A DNA stretch of 64,000 nucleotides, taken from the NCBI GenBank assembly GCA_951406725.2, contig OX597818.1, forward strand, positions 48,484,001-48,548,000. The letters are read 5' to 3'. A program made the position numbers and the translations under genes. Shown piece by piece: positions 11,742 through 24,352 of this stretch; the stretch's first letter is position 1; each line of letters begins with the position of its first letter. Below the pieces are notes generated by a model. The model was not told where the DNA came from, did not search any database, and saw nothing but the letters and a program-made list of their open reading frames with translations. Origin of the DNA: Octopus vulgaris (Eukaryota).

Positions 11742-12059
11742 TATTTTACTTTCTCATTGTTTTTGTTAAGTTTTTCTTTATTTCCTTAAAACTTATGAAT
11801 CTGCTGCATAGTTGATGCTTGACCTGTTATCAAGGGTCACTGTTAATCACTTTTAGATCCAATCCTTCTCTTTCATATGCTTCTTTACTAACATTCCTCC
11901 CATTCTTTTCTTCCCTTCTTTTGTCATGCTGGTTGGTTTGGATGTATAGAAACATTGTTTGTTAAATATATGTTACATATATAAAATAGCTTTGAAATAT
12001 TTTCTTAAAGTGCACGGCTATTTAAAATGGAATTCTTGCTTAGCTGATAAATTTTAAAT

Positions 12060-12344
12060 TTTACTGGCACCTGTGCCGGTGGCATGTGTAAAAAGATTCG
12101 AGCGAGGTTGTTGCCAGTACAACCTGACTGGCCCCCATGCCAGTGGCATGTAAAAAGCGCCCACTACACTCTCGGAATGGTTGGCGTTAGGAAGGGCATC
12201 CAGCTGTAGAAACTCTGCCAGATCAAGACTGGAGCCTGGTGCAGCCATCTGGTTTGCCAGCCCTCAGTCAAAATCGTCCAACCCATGCTAGCATGGAAAG
12301 CGGACGTTAAACGAAATGATGATGATGATGATGATGATGATGAT
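12060..12344 (+). mobile_element. RTE-tail retroposon
   Basis: cccactacactctcggaatggttggcgttaggaagggcatccagctgtagaaac...ggacgttaaacg followed by (atg)n. Confidence 0.85.
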
Positions 12345-12689
12345 CTTTATTATCATCTAAATGTCCATTTTCCCATATTTGCTTGGGCTGGATGGAGTTT
12401 ATTGAGGCAGATTTCTTTATAGCCAGATGCCCTTCTTGTTGCCAACCCTCACCTGTTTCCAACCAAGGTAATATTCTCCCGTGTCAGATAAGCTTTTACT
12501 AAGCTCTTTCTTTGAAAGGTTGTCATGTTCTTAACTGACAGGTCAGATGCAATCCCTTTTCACTCAGGCATTGTAATGAAAAGAAGAGAGAAATAGAGAG
12601 ATATAGATGGTGGCAGGGTAGAACTAAATATTCATAGATATGTTCTTATCCAGCATTTCCTTAGATGATTCAGTACAATGATTAGGAGA

Positions 12690-12902
12690 GAGGCGCGTGG
12701 CTTAGTGGTTAGGGCGTCAGCACCATGATCGTAAGATTGTGGTTTCGATTCCTGGACCAGACGATGCCTTGTGTTCTTGAGCAAAACATTTCATTTCTTG
12801 TTGCTCCAGTTTACTCAGCTGGCAAAAATGAGTAATGCTGTGATGGACTGGCGTCCCGTCCAGCTGGGGAATACATACACCATTGAAACCGGGAAACCGG
12901 GA
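12690..12902 (+). mobile_element. Third tRNA-derived SINE family (CORE/V/Meta-like)
   Basis: A box GTGGCTTAGTGGTTAGG, B box GTTTCGATTCC, ttgagcaaaaca..., gatggactggcgtcccgtccag. Relatives at 28143, 31950(-), 47400(-), 47780(-) and 63670(-). Confidence 0.75.
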
Positions 12903-12989
12903 AGTGATAGAGCAATGAGAGGGCATCAAAGAAGCAAGAAGGGTAGCAGGTAGAGAGACAAAACAGGTCAGAATGGGAGGAAAAGCCCA

Positions 12990-14170
12990 GATATATGTTA
13001 TACATCCCAGTTTCCATTGTTACCCCTCTCCTAAGGTATGTTTCACCATGCGTGCACAGCTGGGTGGGTTTTTGTTCGTACAGCACTGTGCATTGCCAAT
13101 GGTTATGGTCCTTTGTTGTCTTTGTGAGGTGCAACCTCTTGATAACAGTCATCACCATTTCATTCCATGTCTTCTTCATTCTTCCTCTTTCCCATATTCC
13201 ACTCACCCTGAGAACTTAGCACTTCTTTATACAGTAACTGTAGTATGATGGATGAAGAGGACAACAAAAAAAGAAGCAACAGGAGAAAGAAATACAAAAG
13301 GCCTTACCTCGGCGAAATCAGCGGTCTCTCACGAATTCAACATGTCCTGTCGCTTTGCCGTCTATGCTGGAACTGCCCCGCTTCCTCACTGACCACACGT
13401 GCTCCCTCCTTGACCACACGTGCTTCCTGCCACGCATGCACCCTTCAGTCTTCCACCGGCCCCTGCAAGCCCTACTTCCGCCCACCTCATCTGTCATCCT
13501 CTCCACCAACACCACATAGCTCATCACGGCCCATAACACTGACCACCAACACCACAGTAACCATCCTCCATACACATCACCATGTTTGTATCAGTATAGC
13601 CTTCTCTCTTGCAGATTACACCTATTTTGTTTCTTATATCCAGTTTTTCTTTTAGCCCATTTGTATTTTAACCATTCATACACACAATCATTTCACATCC
13701 AGCAAAGCATGTTCACTTCAATTTTTCTTCCTAACCTTCAGGAATCCTCTGCATTCAAACACCACAATTTATTACCAAATTGTATCACACTTCATACATA
13801 AATATCCTGCAATCTGCCCATCACCCTGAATGAGAAGCCTTTTTTCTGTCAATAAGAATACTAACTTTCTGAATATTTTCCAGTCTGTTTTTACTTCATG
13901 CTTTCAGAAAACCTACTCCAACAGTTAATTAGTTTACCTAGGTAACAAAAGCTATCAAGTACTTTTAGGCATTTAAAAGAATCTGTTTCCATGTGCTCTC
14001 AATGCTTATCGCCCCTGTACATCTACCACATATGAAGTCTACTTTGCTGCTTGCTTTGCTGGTGATTCCTCTACACTTCTTGCACTTCCATAGTTTGCAT
14101 TGTGTAAACTATATGAAGTTTTTATTTATTACTATCCTGTATAACGAGTATGGCCATTTCGCTGATGGCA
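12990..14170 (-). mobile_element. RTE LINE remnants (discontinuous)
   Basis: Minus strand RGRMKKTWNEMV..LHLTKTTKDHNHW (C-terminus) and degenerate DSFCYLGKLI and Cys-rich segments at 13650-14170. Confidence 0.65.
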
Positions 14171-14608
14171 ACTTTTCTTTTTCTCACTAAAACATTTCAT
14201 CATCATCATCATCATCATCATCGTTTAACGTCCGCCTTCCATGCTAGCATGGGTTGGACGATTTTGACTGAGGGCTGGCGAACCAGATGGCTGCACCAGG
14301 CTCCAATCTTGATTTGGCAGAGTTTCACCAGGCTCTTTGTTAATTTAACTTTGATTTTAGTTTCTGCTTACTTGTTTAGAACTTCTCAAAATCTTTTTAT
14401 TCAGCTGTAAGAGCTAGATCATTAGTATATTGGAAATCTCAAAGACAACACAAGATATCTTAAACTCCTCTATTATAACTTGGAAGACTACAATAAACAG
14501 AAGAAGGCTAAGGATTGAGCCCTGGTGGACACCTACATGCAATCTAAATTCAACACCGTATTCATTAATTCTTGCATTATTGACCACACATGTCTAGACA
14601 AGTTATGA

Positions 14609-14656
14609 CTTACCTGAAGATCCTGTGCACCCACAGGTGAAACTCAGAGTAGCAAG
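14609..14656 (+). ncRNA. Type I hammerhead ribozyme-like motif, canonical core
   Basis: CTTAC-CTGAAGA (14614-14620)-t-CCTGTG-cacc-CACAGG-t-GAAA (14639-14642)-CTC-a-GAGT-A (14651)-GCAAG. GUA triplet; stem I has 4 of 5 pairs. Confidence 0.65.
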
Positions 14657-15029
14657 GGACCGAATCTATCAAAGTAAAAATATTTAAAATCTGTACTATA
14701 GTGTTTTTTTTCAACAACGCTAAATTAATTTAATATATAAAATTGTTAGCAAGTTGGGTAAAATGCTTAGTAGTGTTCCATTTGTCTTTACGTTCTGAGT
14801 TCAAATTCCACTGAAGTCAACTTTGCCTTTCATCTTTTTGGATTGTTAAAATATTCACACTTTCAATTTCACTGTTTTGTTGCCATAAGAACATAGTATT
14901 TGAAGCATAAAATATTTTCAACAATAAGCATTATAGGGTAGATACAGATATAAAAATCTAAACATGGAAACATGAACTTTCCTTAGAACATTTGGAGCAT
15001 GGAACACTCACAAATTGAAGATCTCAAAA

Positions 15030-15372
15030 ACAAAGTACAGACAAATGGATTAAGCCGATTATACTGGTACTTAATTTATCGACCCCGAAAGGATGAAAGG
15101 CAAAGTTGATCTCGGCAGAATTTGAACTCAGAACGTAACAGCAGACGAAATACCTATTTCTTTACTACCCACAAGAGGCTAAACACAGAGGGGACAAACA
15201 AGGACAGACAAAGGGATTAAGTCGATTACATCGACCCCAGTGCATAACTGGTACTTATTTAGTCGACCCTGAAAGGATGAAAGGCAAAGTTGACCTCAGA
15301 ACATAACAGCAGACGAAATACCGCTCAGCATTTTGCCCGGTGGGCTAACGTTTCTGCCAGCTCGCCGCCTTA
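15030..15372 (-). mobile_element. Tandem (dimeric) Nin-domain SINE
   Basis: Full unit whose tail gaaatag joins a second headless unit at gtatttcgtctgc. Confidence 0.85.
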
Positions 15373-16085
15373 AATTAGCTGGGGCTAATTTGTATGATTA
15401 AACTCTGCAAGGCAGTGCTCCAACATGACTGCAATCCAATGACTGAAACAAGTAAAAGATAAAAGATAGAAGATAGTCTAAGATCATGGGGAGTGGTGGT
15501 GATGGTGGTGAGTGGGTGTGGGGCAAGAGATAAAGATATAAACCAGGATTAAACAGAAGCTGGAGATGAATCAGGGCTTGAATGTGAAAAGCTATACATA
15601 TTAAGAGAAAGAAGAACATTTACAACACAAAACATGAAGCATACACTCAGAAAGAAAAACAAATATTTTGATAACTAGTTTCTTTTAAGATTAAATAGAA
15701 CAGTTAGAAATCTGTGAGCAAGCATTGAATGGTTAAGGGGGCTATTGTCTAAAAATAGATATTGAGGGGTTTCCTCATCATTGCATGGGATCAGAATCTG
15801 TCTATGAAGCTACATGGAAGTTGAAAAGTGCACTACAAAGAGCTGGTAATGGATCATTGCCAAGTATCCTCCCAACTGAATCACTGGAAATAATGCTATA
15901 TATTATCAAGTGCCAAGATCTAGTGGGAAATAAGTGTTAGCTTATAAGTACATATAAGCTGTGGCAGATTCAGTGTTGAGCCCTTGGACAAGGAACTCAC
16001 TTTTACTAAGGTATCAAGCTTAAGTAAAAGTAATTCATTTGAAATGATGATTTAGTGCTTCTCTATCAGTCAAAGGAATTGTGGC

Positions 16086-16314
16086 TTAACCCTTTCGTTA
16101 CTGTATTTATCTTGAGATGATCTGTGTTTCTTTCAATTACTTTAAATATAACAAAGAATTTAGAAAAATAACTTAGTTATCATTCAGCTAGTATTAGGAA
16201 CATAAATTGTGACTAAGGTTTGGTGGAGGATTTTGATTTAAAACTTATGAAAACAAGACATTTGTACTACAGAACCAGAGCTGGTTTTAGTCGGGTTGGT
16301 AACGAAAGGGTTGA
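16086..16314. mobile_element. piggyBac-type MITE family A
   Basis: TTAACCCTTTCGTTAC...GTAACGAAAGGG-ttga. Confidence 0.85.
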
Positions 16315-17179
16315 TATTATTGAAAAATGCTACATCATATGTATTCCAACTGTTTTAAAAAGAATTAAATACTAATTTTTTAAATAAATCTATCTTCTAA
16401 TATGGGACTCTTTCTGGTGTTAACTTCATCAAATTAGTTTATAATCTTACTTTTCTACATGTGGGTAGGGTAGCACCCCTTGGAGAAATTAATTCTTCAG
16501 CTCATGTAATTCAACATTTATAAATTAAGTCCATTAAAATTTTATTCTATAAATTCTAGAAAGAATATAGAATGCCACAGACATAAAAGGAAAATAAATT
16601 GGAAAATTTGCAATATAAATGAAATTGTTTCTCACAGAGAATTGAAAAATGGTATGCAGTGTACATCATCAACCAGCATGATAATAGAAAAATATTACAG
16701 TTAAAAGACAATTTATTTGTTTAATGGAAAACTTGGAACCAAAACACTCAACAGATGTTTAATCTAACTCATGATTTTTTAAAATGAAAACATAAGCTGT
16801 TTGGAAATTCTGGTCTCTGGGCTAAATTATATAAACATATATTATTATTATTATTATTATTACTTAATTATTCAAAAAAATTGTTTCAATCTAAATTCTT
16901 ATTAATCTAAGAATTGGCAGAAAAATAGAGCTTAAAGTAGTAGCCTTATAACTAACTAGTTATTCATCAATACAGCAAGTGTGTAGAATAGAAAAGAACC
17001 AAGATAATAGTTAATTCTTGAATAAACAATGGCTGGAAGCTACTTCTAAGACAAGTTAGGAAGAGGAGTGTTCTCATCACATTCCAAGCATACTACTTGT
17101 TGTCACTTTAGACATATGTTTTCGAAACAACCAATGAAATCAGACAATTCTTCTTGTTCTTCTCCTCATTGTTAACCCC

Positions 17180-17838
17180 TACGTTGCTTTAGTACCGTCG
17201 ACATTCGAAATGGTAATAATAAGAAATTAGGTCAAACTCTGTCGATTCCACTAGAAAGATGGGAAAGAAAAAGTTTTAAAAAATATAGTGCAAGATTTTC
17301 TAAGAAAGATCCATTGGATGTTTCTGTTTCCTTTATTTTCTTATAATTAATATAATTAACTTATAAACAGAATTTCAAGCAATTTCTTTTCCCGTTTAAC
17401 ATCTTTTTCAAACTTTCGCGCACGATTTCTTCTCTTTTCCCAAGTTGCTATATTACTACGCGCTAAGATAAATATGTCACAGTATTCGCTAATCGTGTTC
17501 TTTAATGTATCAGCTAAAATTTCGAAGAAACAAGAATTCAATTTCTAAAAGAATGGATTTAATATTTGTAATATTCCAATACAATATACTCGGAAGCTAA
17601 ATAAATAGTTGTTTTTTCTACTTTAAGCTTTATATTAACGCACTATCTTCTTTGAACACGGAATTGGAGTAGTTGTTAGGTCTATTCTTGTAACTAAGGT
17701 AGTTTTACTGCGCGGCTCCGAAGCGGAATAAACCCCTTAAAACGAATCCAAACTGTTGGATGTTTCGATGTATTACTTGGATCCCTTGCTATGTTGGAAG
17801 GGGATGAAAGACTCAGCTGGTGATATTTTCCACCGGCA
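17180..17838 (+). promoter_or_regulatory. Probable promoter/5' UTR region of the kinase gene
   Basis: Repeat-free stretch with visibly more CpG than the flanks (e.g. ctgcgcggctccgaagcgg). In-frame TGA at 17821-17823 upstream of the ATG. TSS not determined. Confidence 0.4.
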
Positions 17839-18759
17839 ATGGGCTGTTTAAACACCAAACTGGTGCCGGAATCTCCACCAAGTCAACGATCTCTTAATTA
17901 TGTGTACCATGGCCCACAAAATATATATAAAAGCAATTCTAACTATACAAACCACCACAAACCTAAAGAAAAGAAATGTGGAAACAAACAATGGCAACAT
18001 TCTCAACCACAACAGTCCGGCAACAATATTCAAGACACACCTCGACACAATAAAAGAGTGGAGAAATATATGGCCACTTTTGACAATCGAGTGACCGCTA
18101 AATATGATATAAAAGCACTAATTGGCAGAGGGAGCTTCAGTAAAATCGTTCGTGTTGAACACAAAATTACTAAACAGCCCTATGCTATCAAAATGATTAA
18201 TCGAACTGAAGGACGTGAAGTATTTGAGTCAGAACTTAATGTTTTGCGTCGAGTTAGACACCCTAATATAATACAACTTGTTGAAGTTTTCGAATGCAAG
18301 CAGAAAGTTTATATGGTGATGGAACTGGCTACGGGTGGAGACCTGTTGGATAGAATTATCGGAAAAGGATATTTTTCCGAAGCAGATGCTATAACTGTTT
18401 TAAAGATGGTTTTTGAAGGGGTGCGTTATTTGCACAGTCTTGGAATAACACACAGGGACCTTAAACCGGAGAACTTGCTTTATTATCATCCTGGAAACGA
18501 TTCCAAAATTATGATTACAGACTTTGGGTTATCCGCAACGCGTAAAGGTCCTGATAACTGGATGAATACGGCTTGTGGAACTCCGGAATACATCGCACCT
18601 GAAATTTTGGCTCGCAAGCCATATACTTCTCAGGTAGATCTTTGGGCAGTTGGGGTTATCACCTTCATCTTACTCAGTGGAGAGATGCCCTTTGAAGAAG
18701 ATAATAAAACCAGGCTATTTCGGTTAATTTTGAAAGCAAAGTATAACTATGCTAGGGAG
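17839..18759 (+). CDS. PSKH1: Serine/threonine-protein kinase H1 ortholog, first coding exon (307 codons; gene incomplete in window)
   Basis: N-terminal MGC. PSKH-diagnostic FDxRVTAKYDIKALIGRGSFS and DLKPENLLYYHPGxDSKIxITDFGL. Intact YAIK, HRDLKPEN, DFG and CGTPEYIAPE motifs. Phase-0 donor GAG|GTAATG after ...KYNYARE. Subdomain XI is missing, so another exon is required. Confidence 0.93.
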
Positions 18760-19619
18760 GTAATGTACTTTTTTTTCTTTCTAAACAATTATTGTCATTT
18801 CTTATTATTACATGTTGAAAAGTATTGAGCGACGTACAGTGGATGTAAACTTCTGTTTAACAGAGATCTGAACCCAATTTTATTTCTTAATTACTCATTC
18901 CATTCCACTTACGGCGCTAATGCTTTTTGGTAAAGGTATAAACGTTATGAAATCTCATCATTTCCTATTCTATAAACCTTTGTGTTTTTGCTGCATGTGT
19001 TATAATTAAACTTTTGATGACAATGTGCTCTGAATTCAATTTTCATCAGTTCCTGTCTCCAAGATCAGATTTATCTCTGGATAATCTATTTATTAAACTT
19101 ATAATGTATGCAATAATTATTTCAGAGAAGACACCATCTGCATGATAAACAAACAGTAAGTAAAGTGGGTGTCAGCATATTTAACAGAGGGAATCTGTAA
19201 GATACATGCATATAATTCCTTTCGAACCATTTATTATCCATGGATAACAAGAAATAATAATCCCAAAATATTTCCATTTCTCTCCTAAAAACCTTTATAT
19301 TGACCAATCTCTTGATAAGTTTATTGAATAATTTATTTATTAACTCATAAGTTAATAAATTTATGAGGAACGAAATTTTCAGTTTCGGTAAATTCCGATT
19401 TCGCAAGTGCCCGCCCGACATTTCTCTTGAGAATTGGATGGATGAATGTCACAGCATCTCATCTTGCCTTGATTGTTGTGTGAGAAACAACTATGTGAGA
19501 ATCACAATATGTAAAGAAATACAATGATTCCTGGCAGACCAATGCTAATCTCTGTGCTCAATATATACAAGATAATTATATTATGTATACACACACGCAA
19601 ACGACACATTTGTCCGTGT

Positions 19620-19677
19620 GTACACGCGCGCGCCTACATATATATATATATAGATATACATACATATATATATATAT

Positions 19678-19716
<39 letters not shown>

Positions 19717-19719
19717 CAT

Positions 19720-19771
<52 letters not shown>

Positions 19772-19830
19772 GTACGTACATACATACATACATGTGTGTG
19801 TGTTTGTGTATTTATGTGTGTGTATATGGA
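19620..19830. repeat. Compound (TA)/(CA)/(TG) microsatellite
   Basis: Directly visible. Confidence 0.95.
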
Positions 19831-20841
19831 TCAGTTTTTCTTCAAACGTTGTGATAAGGAATTATGACATTTCTTTAATAGAATAGATAAAACATAAACA
19901 CGGTCGTGCATCCAGAGTCGGGGTGGGCACAGAAATCTGTACTTATGCCCATCTTAATATATATGTATTATTGGGAGAATTAAAATTATACAATAGCACT
20001 CACACTCATCATTATCATCATCTCTCTCTATATATATGTATATATGTGTGTGTGTGTGTGTATTCATATATATACCCTCATCCTACAGAAAAAATATTTT
20101 TCTATAATATAACAACACATTCTATCCGTTTAAATAATACACGCGTATCTGTTTATTAAATCTATAGATTTAAAAGATATATGATTTGCCTATATAAGTT
20201 ATGTATACACACACACAAGCATGCACACACACACATCATCATTATCATCATCATCACTATCACCAACTTCGTTTTATGTTCACTTTCGATGCTGGTATGA
20301 GTTGGACTAGGCATTACTGTTCGTGTAGAAACTTATATCTAAGTTTCATTTTTATCTTGGTTTCTATAGCTGTATACCCTTTCTAACATCAATACAGAAT
20401 GTACTGGGTGTATTTTTTCCCCCTTCTTTTAAAGCCCTTTAAGCTAAATACATCATTTGTTAAAACTTCTCTGTCTCGTGTTCTCTTCTTTTTGTGCTCA
20501 TTAACTTCTTAATAAATAAATATATATATATATACATGTGTGTCATATATGCTATAAATGTATACAAACGAACGAATGAACATTTAAGCACATATACATA
20601 TAATATACACACTTATATACAAAGACATAATCTGTATGTATGTATGTATGTATGTATGTATGTTATAAATAGGGTTGTATGCATAACAAAACATATATAT
20701 ATACATACATGTATATACACATATATCAATCTCTTTTTCCCCCCTCTCGTAATATATATATATATAACATAAATACACATATATATGTAATTATGTTATA
20801 TATAACATAAATACACACACACATATATATATATATATATA

Positions 20842-20902
<61 letters not shown>

Positions 20903-21486
20903 TTATTTATTGAACGAAATACCGTCTATGGAAAGTTTTACAGTACAATTATTTATCACAATAAGCTTTATTACTACCGATTCCCTGCTATGATTTTAAA
21001 AGAAAACTACTTTGGGCTGGAGTAGATAACGGAAGAAAAGTTTCATCATATTCTTTGTTCTTCGTTAAGATATGCAGAGTAAGTCTGTAAAACACATAAC
21101 GGAGGTTTTATAATACTCCAACATGAGTTTTTAGCTGTTATGGACTAGAACAAGTTAAAGCATTAAAGAATATACATTTGCAGATACGCTGACTGAAATG
21201 AGACGTGAAAAGTTTGTACTCATTCATCACACGAGCTGTGTGGAGTTGTGTTGAATAGTGTGATATGATATTGGGTAGAAATAATGGAAGGAACAAACAG
21301 CCTTTGAAACTCAATATTCACTTTTAGTGCTTTAGTCTAACAATGCTGACACGTGCATTGTAGATAGAAATAGACAGATAGATGGATAGAGATAGGCTGT
21401 AGACAGAGATTTTCAGTTTATTCAGATGTTTTCATTTATAGAGCTGTCTTCGTTGTTCATCACATCATTACCATTTTCTTCCTCTT

Positions 21487-21495
21487 GTCTGTCTG

Positions 21496-21550
<55 letters not shown>

Positions 21551-21595
21551 GTCTATCTATCCGTCTATCCGTCTGTCTATCTGTCTATCTATCTG

Positions 21596-21673
<78 letters not shown>

Positions 21674-21699
21674 CGTCTATCTATCTATCCGTCTATCTG

Positions 21700-21757
<58 letters not shown>
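21487..21757. repeat. (ATCT)n tetranucleotide microsatellite (second tract ~21995-22080)
   Basis: Directly visible; source of the spurious LSIY-repeat ORFs. Confidence 0.97.
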
Positions 21758-21760
<3 letters not shown>

Positions 21761-22007
21761 TTACATTGACATTTCTCTGATACACGATCCCTATTGATCG
21801 GACCCACTTTTTTTTCTTCATGATCCCTTTTTATCGGAATTCCTCCCCTTTTTTTCACGATCCCTTTTGATCGGAATTTGCCCCCCCCCTTTTTTTCTCC
21901 CCCTTCTCTTCTTCCCAAAAAGAAAAGCTCTACTTTGTATTTTGTCCCTTCTGTGTTTAAGCCCTGCGTGGCCAATAAAGAAATCTATGTATGTATCTAT
22001 CTGTCTG

Positions 22008-22068
<61 letters not shown>

Positions 22069-22703
22069 TTATCTGTCTGTCTGTATGTATGTATGTCTAC
22101 GCACACACACACGCACGTATATAATTATATACTCGTCTAGAATTCCTAAATCAGAAAAAAATATGCATTCATATATTTGTCGGTAAACACATACATACAC
22201 ACACACACATGTATATGTATACACATGGGTCAGTTGAAACTTGTTGAGGCAAGTTTTCCATAGATGTATCCTCATCTTGTCTCCAACCCATGTGAACATG
22301 TTCTGTTTATCGGATTTTGGTTTTCGTTCTTCGCCATACACGCGCGCACACACAAATATATATATAATTACATATATATGGGTACTATCGCAATGTTGGG
22401 CTTTATATTCTGTCCAAAAATAGAACTTTTTCCATTGTTTTCATAATATTGCTATATATGTGTGGTTTGTGCTTTCGTTACTAAAGATCCAGTGTGATCT
22501 AACTCTCGTTAGCTAATTACACAATTTTAATTACTAATGTTTCAATGAAAAAATCTGACGAACATTTTCTACGTATATTAAAAATGAAAACAGTACAATA
22601 GGAAGATGCTTATGGCAGAATTGTCCCATAGTGTGTGTGTGTGTGTACACGTTTATAAATTTGTATTGCAAGATTCTTGATGTGAAACCGTGTGTTGAAA
22701 CAA

Positions 22704-22973
22704 ATATTGTATTTCGGGACGGTCATTATTATTTTTTTTTTTTGCCCAAATAAACACGTACTATATATTCGTTTTTCACTCGTTTATTACTGTTCAATAT
22801 GTTAACTCATGTCCAATTTCCGGAAATCTTTCGTTACACATCTGTAGCCCCTTCAGTGACATTTTCCGGACAATGGACTTAAGATCAAATAAGAACAGTA
22901 ATAAACGAGTGAAGAACGAATATACAGTGCGTGTGTTTATTTGGAAAAAAAATACCGTCCCGAAATACAATAT
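22704..22973. repeat. Imperfect fold-back element with a hammerhead-like core in its loop
   Basis: atattgtatttcgggacggt...cactcgtttattactgttc pairs with gaacagtaataaacgagtg...accgtcccgaaatacaatat. The minus-strand centre reads GTC-a-CTGAAGG-g-gctac-agatgt-gtaac-GAAA. Confidence 0.85.
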
Positions 22974-23354
22974 ATATATATATATATTGTAATTTATTTA
23001 GTTCTAATGTTTTATCGTATTTTTTTTCCTATCTGGTATGATTTAATTATATCATTGTTGAATTGCTACATGCTGGTTCTTCTCTAATTTATATAAATAT
23101 ATTATATATTGCGAAATTTGATTTAGTATTACTATTTCCCTGTAAGTTTGGAATCATATTCCCTAATATTACTAATATTATATATATATATATATACCAA
23201 TTATATACGTTTTTATTATTTTTTTGCAATTTACTTAATCATTGACATTTTATTGTTATTTTAATTTTAATATTTCTATTATATGTAATTTTCTTGATGG
23301 TGTAATTTAATTGTTCAAAATGAATTGATAAAAGGTGTTTTTTTTCTAATTTTC

Positions 23355-23398
<44 letters not shown>

Positions 23399-23742
23399 AT
23401 ATATGTGTGTGTGTGTGTGTGTGTATACATACACATGTACTGTACATCTTCAAGTCATGCATCCCACGCCTCTCATCCATTGCTCCCTACAACACTACTT
23501 AATTTTTATAGTTGTTGCCAATCTCTTCCTCCCATCTCTTGGCTCCTTCATGCAATCTTGCAGACCCCTCACCTACCCTTGCTCCTAATTCCTCTGTCTC
23601 CACTGACTCCTGTTCAACTGGTACCTAGTAGGGGATGGCCACATGGACACCTCATCACCACTATTTATATGATTGTTGCTCTACCCATTCACTTCCACCC
23701 TCTCTTCTAAATGTGAATAGCCATAATGTAACTCCTCTGCAA

Positions 23743-24352
23743 CAGTGTTTCTCAACCAGACTTCATATGGCCCTTTGTGGGGTCCATATAAGATTTTACT
23801 GTTAAAATTTATGTGCAATAAACTGGTTATACTTCTACAATAAACTAAATATTTTAACAAATGTTTTGATACAATTCCTAATAATTTTTATTCTTTTACT
23901 TGTTTCAGTCATTTGACTGTGGCCATGTTGGAGTACTACCTCAGAGGGTTTTAGTTGAACAAATCGACCCCAAATCCTAATTCTTAAGCATAGTACTTAT
24001 TCTGTCTGTCTCTTTTACTGGACTACTAAGTTACAGGGATGTAAACACACCAACACTGGTTGTCAATTGGTGATGGGAGTGGGGGACAAACACAGATACA
24101 AAGACACACACACACATACATATATATACATGACAGACTTCTTTCAGTTTCCATCTACCAAATCCACTCACAAGGCTTTGGTCAGCCCAAGATTACAGTA
24201 GAAGACACTTGCCCAAGGTGCCACACAGTGAGACTGAACCTGGAACCATGTGGTTCAGAATTTTTTTAAAATATTGAATGGATATTAGGGTCCACCGGAG
24301 TAAAATAGAAATCAAAGGGGTCCACAGGCAAAAAAATGCTTAAGAACCATTG
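23743..24352. mobile_element. hAT (Charlie-like) MITE containing a SINE (23892-24258)
   Basis: CAGTGTTTCTCAAC...cttaagaaccattg; 8-bp flanks ctctgcaa / ctcaacaa. Confidence 0.7.

Noticed and set aside
12690-12765. Possible tRNA gene
   Set aside because: A and B boxes are present, but there is no proper acceptor stem or terminator and the sequence continues into a SINE body.
18760-18828. Last 22 codons of the 329-aa kinase ORF
   Set aside because: They follow a GT donor, are low-complexity (VMYFFFFL) and lack kinase subdomain XI; this is intron read-through.
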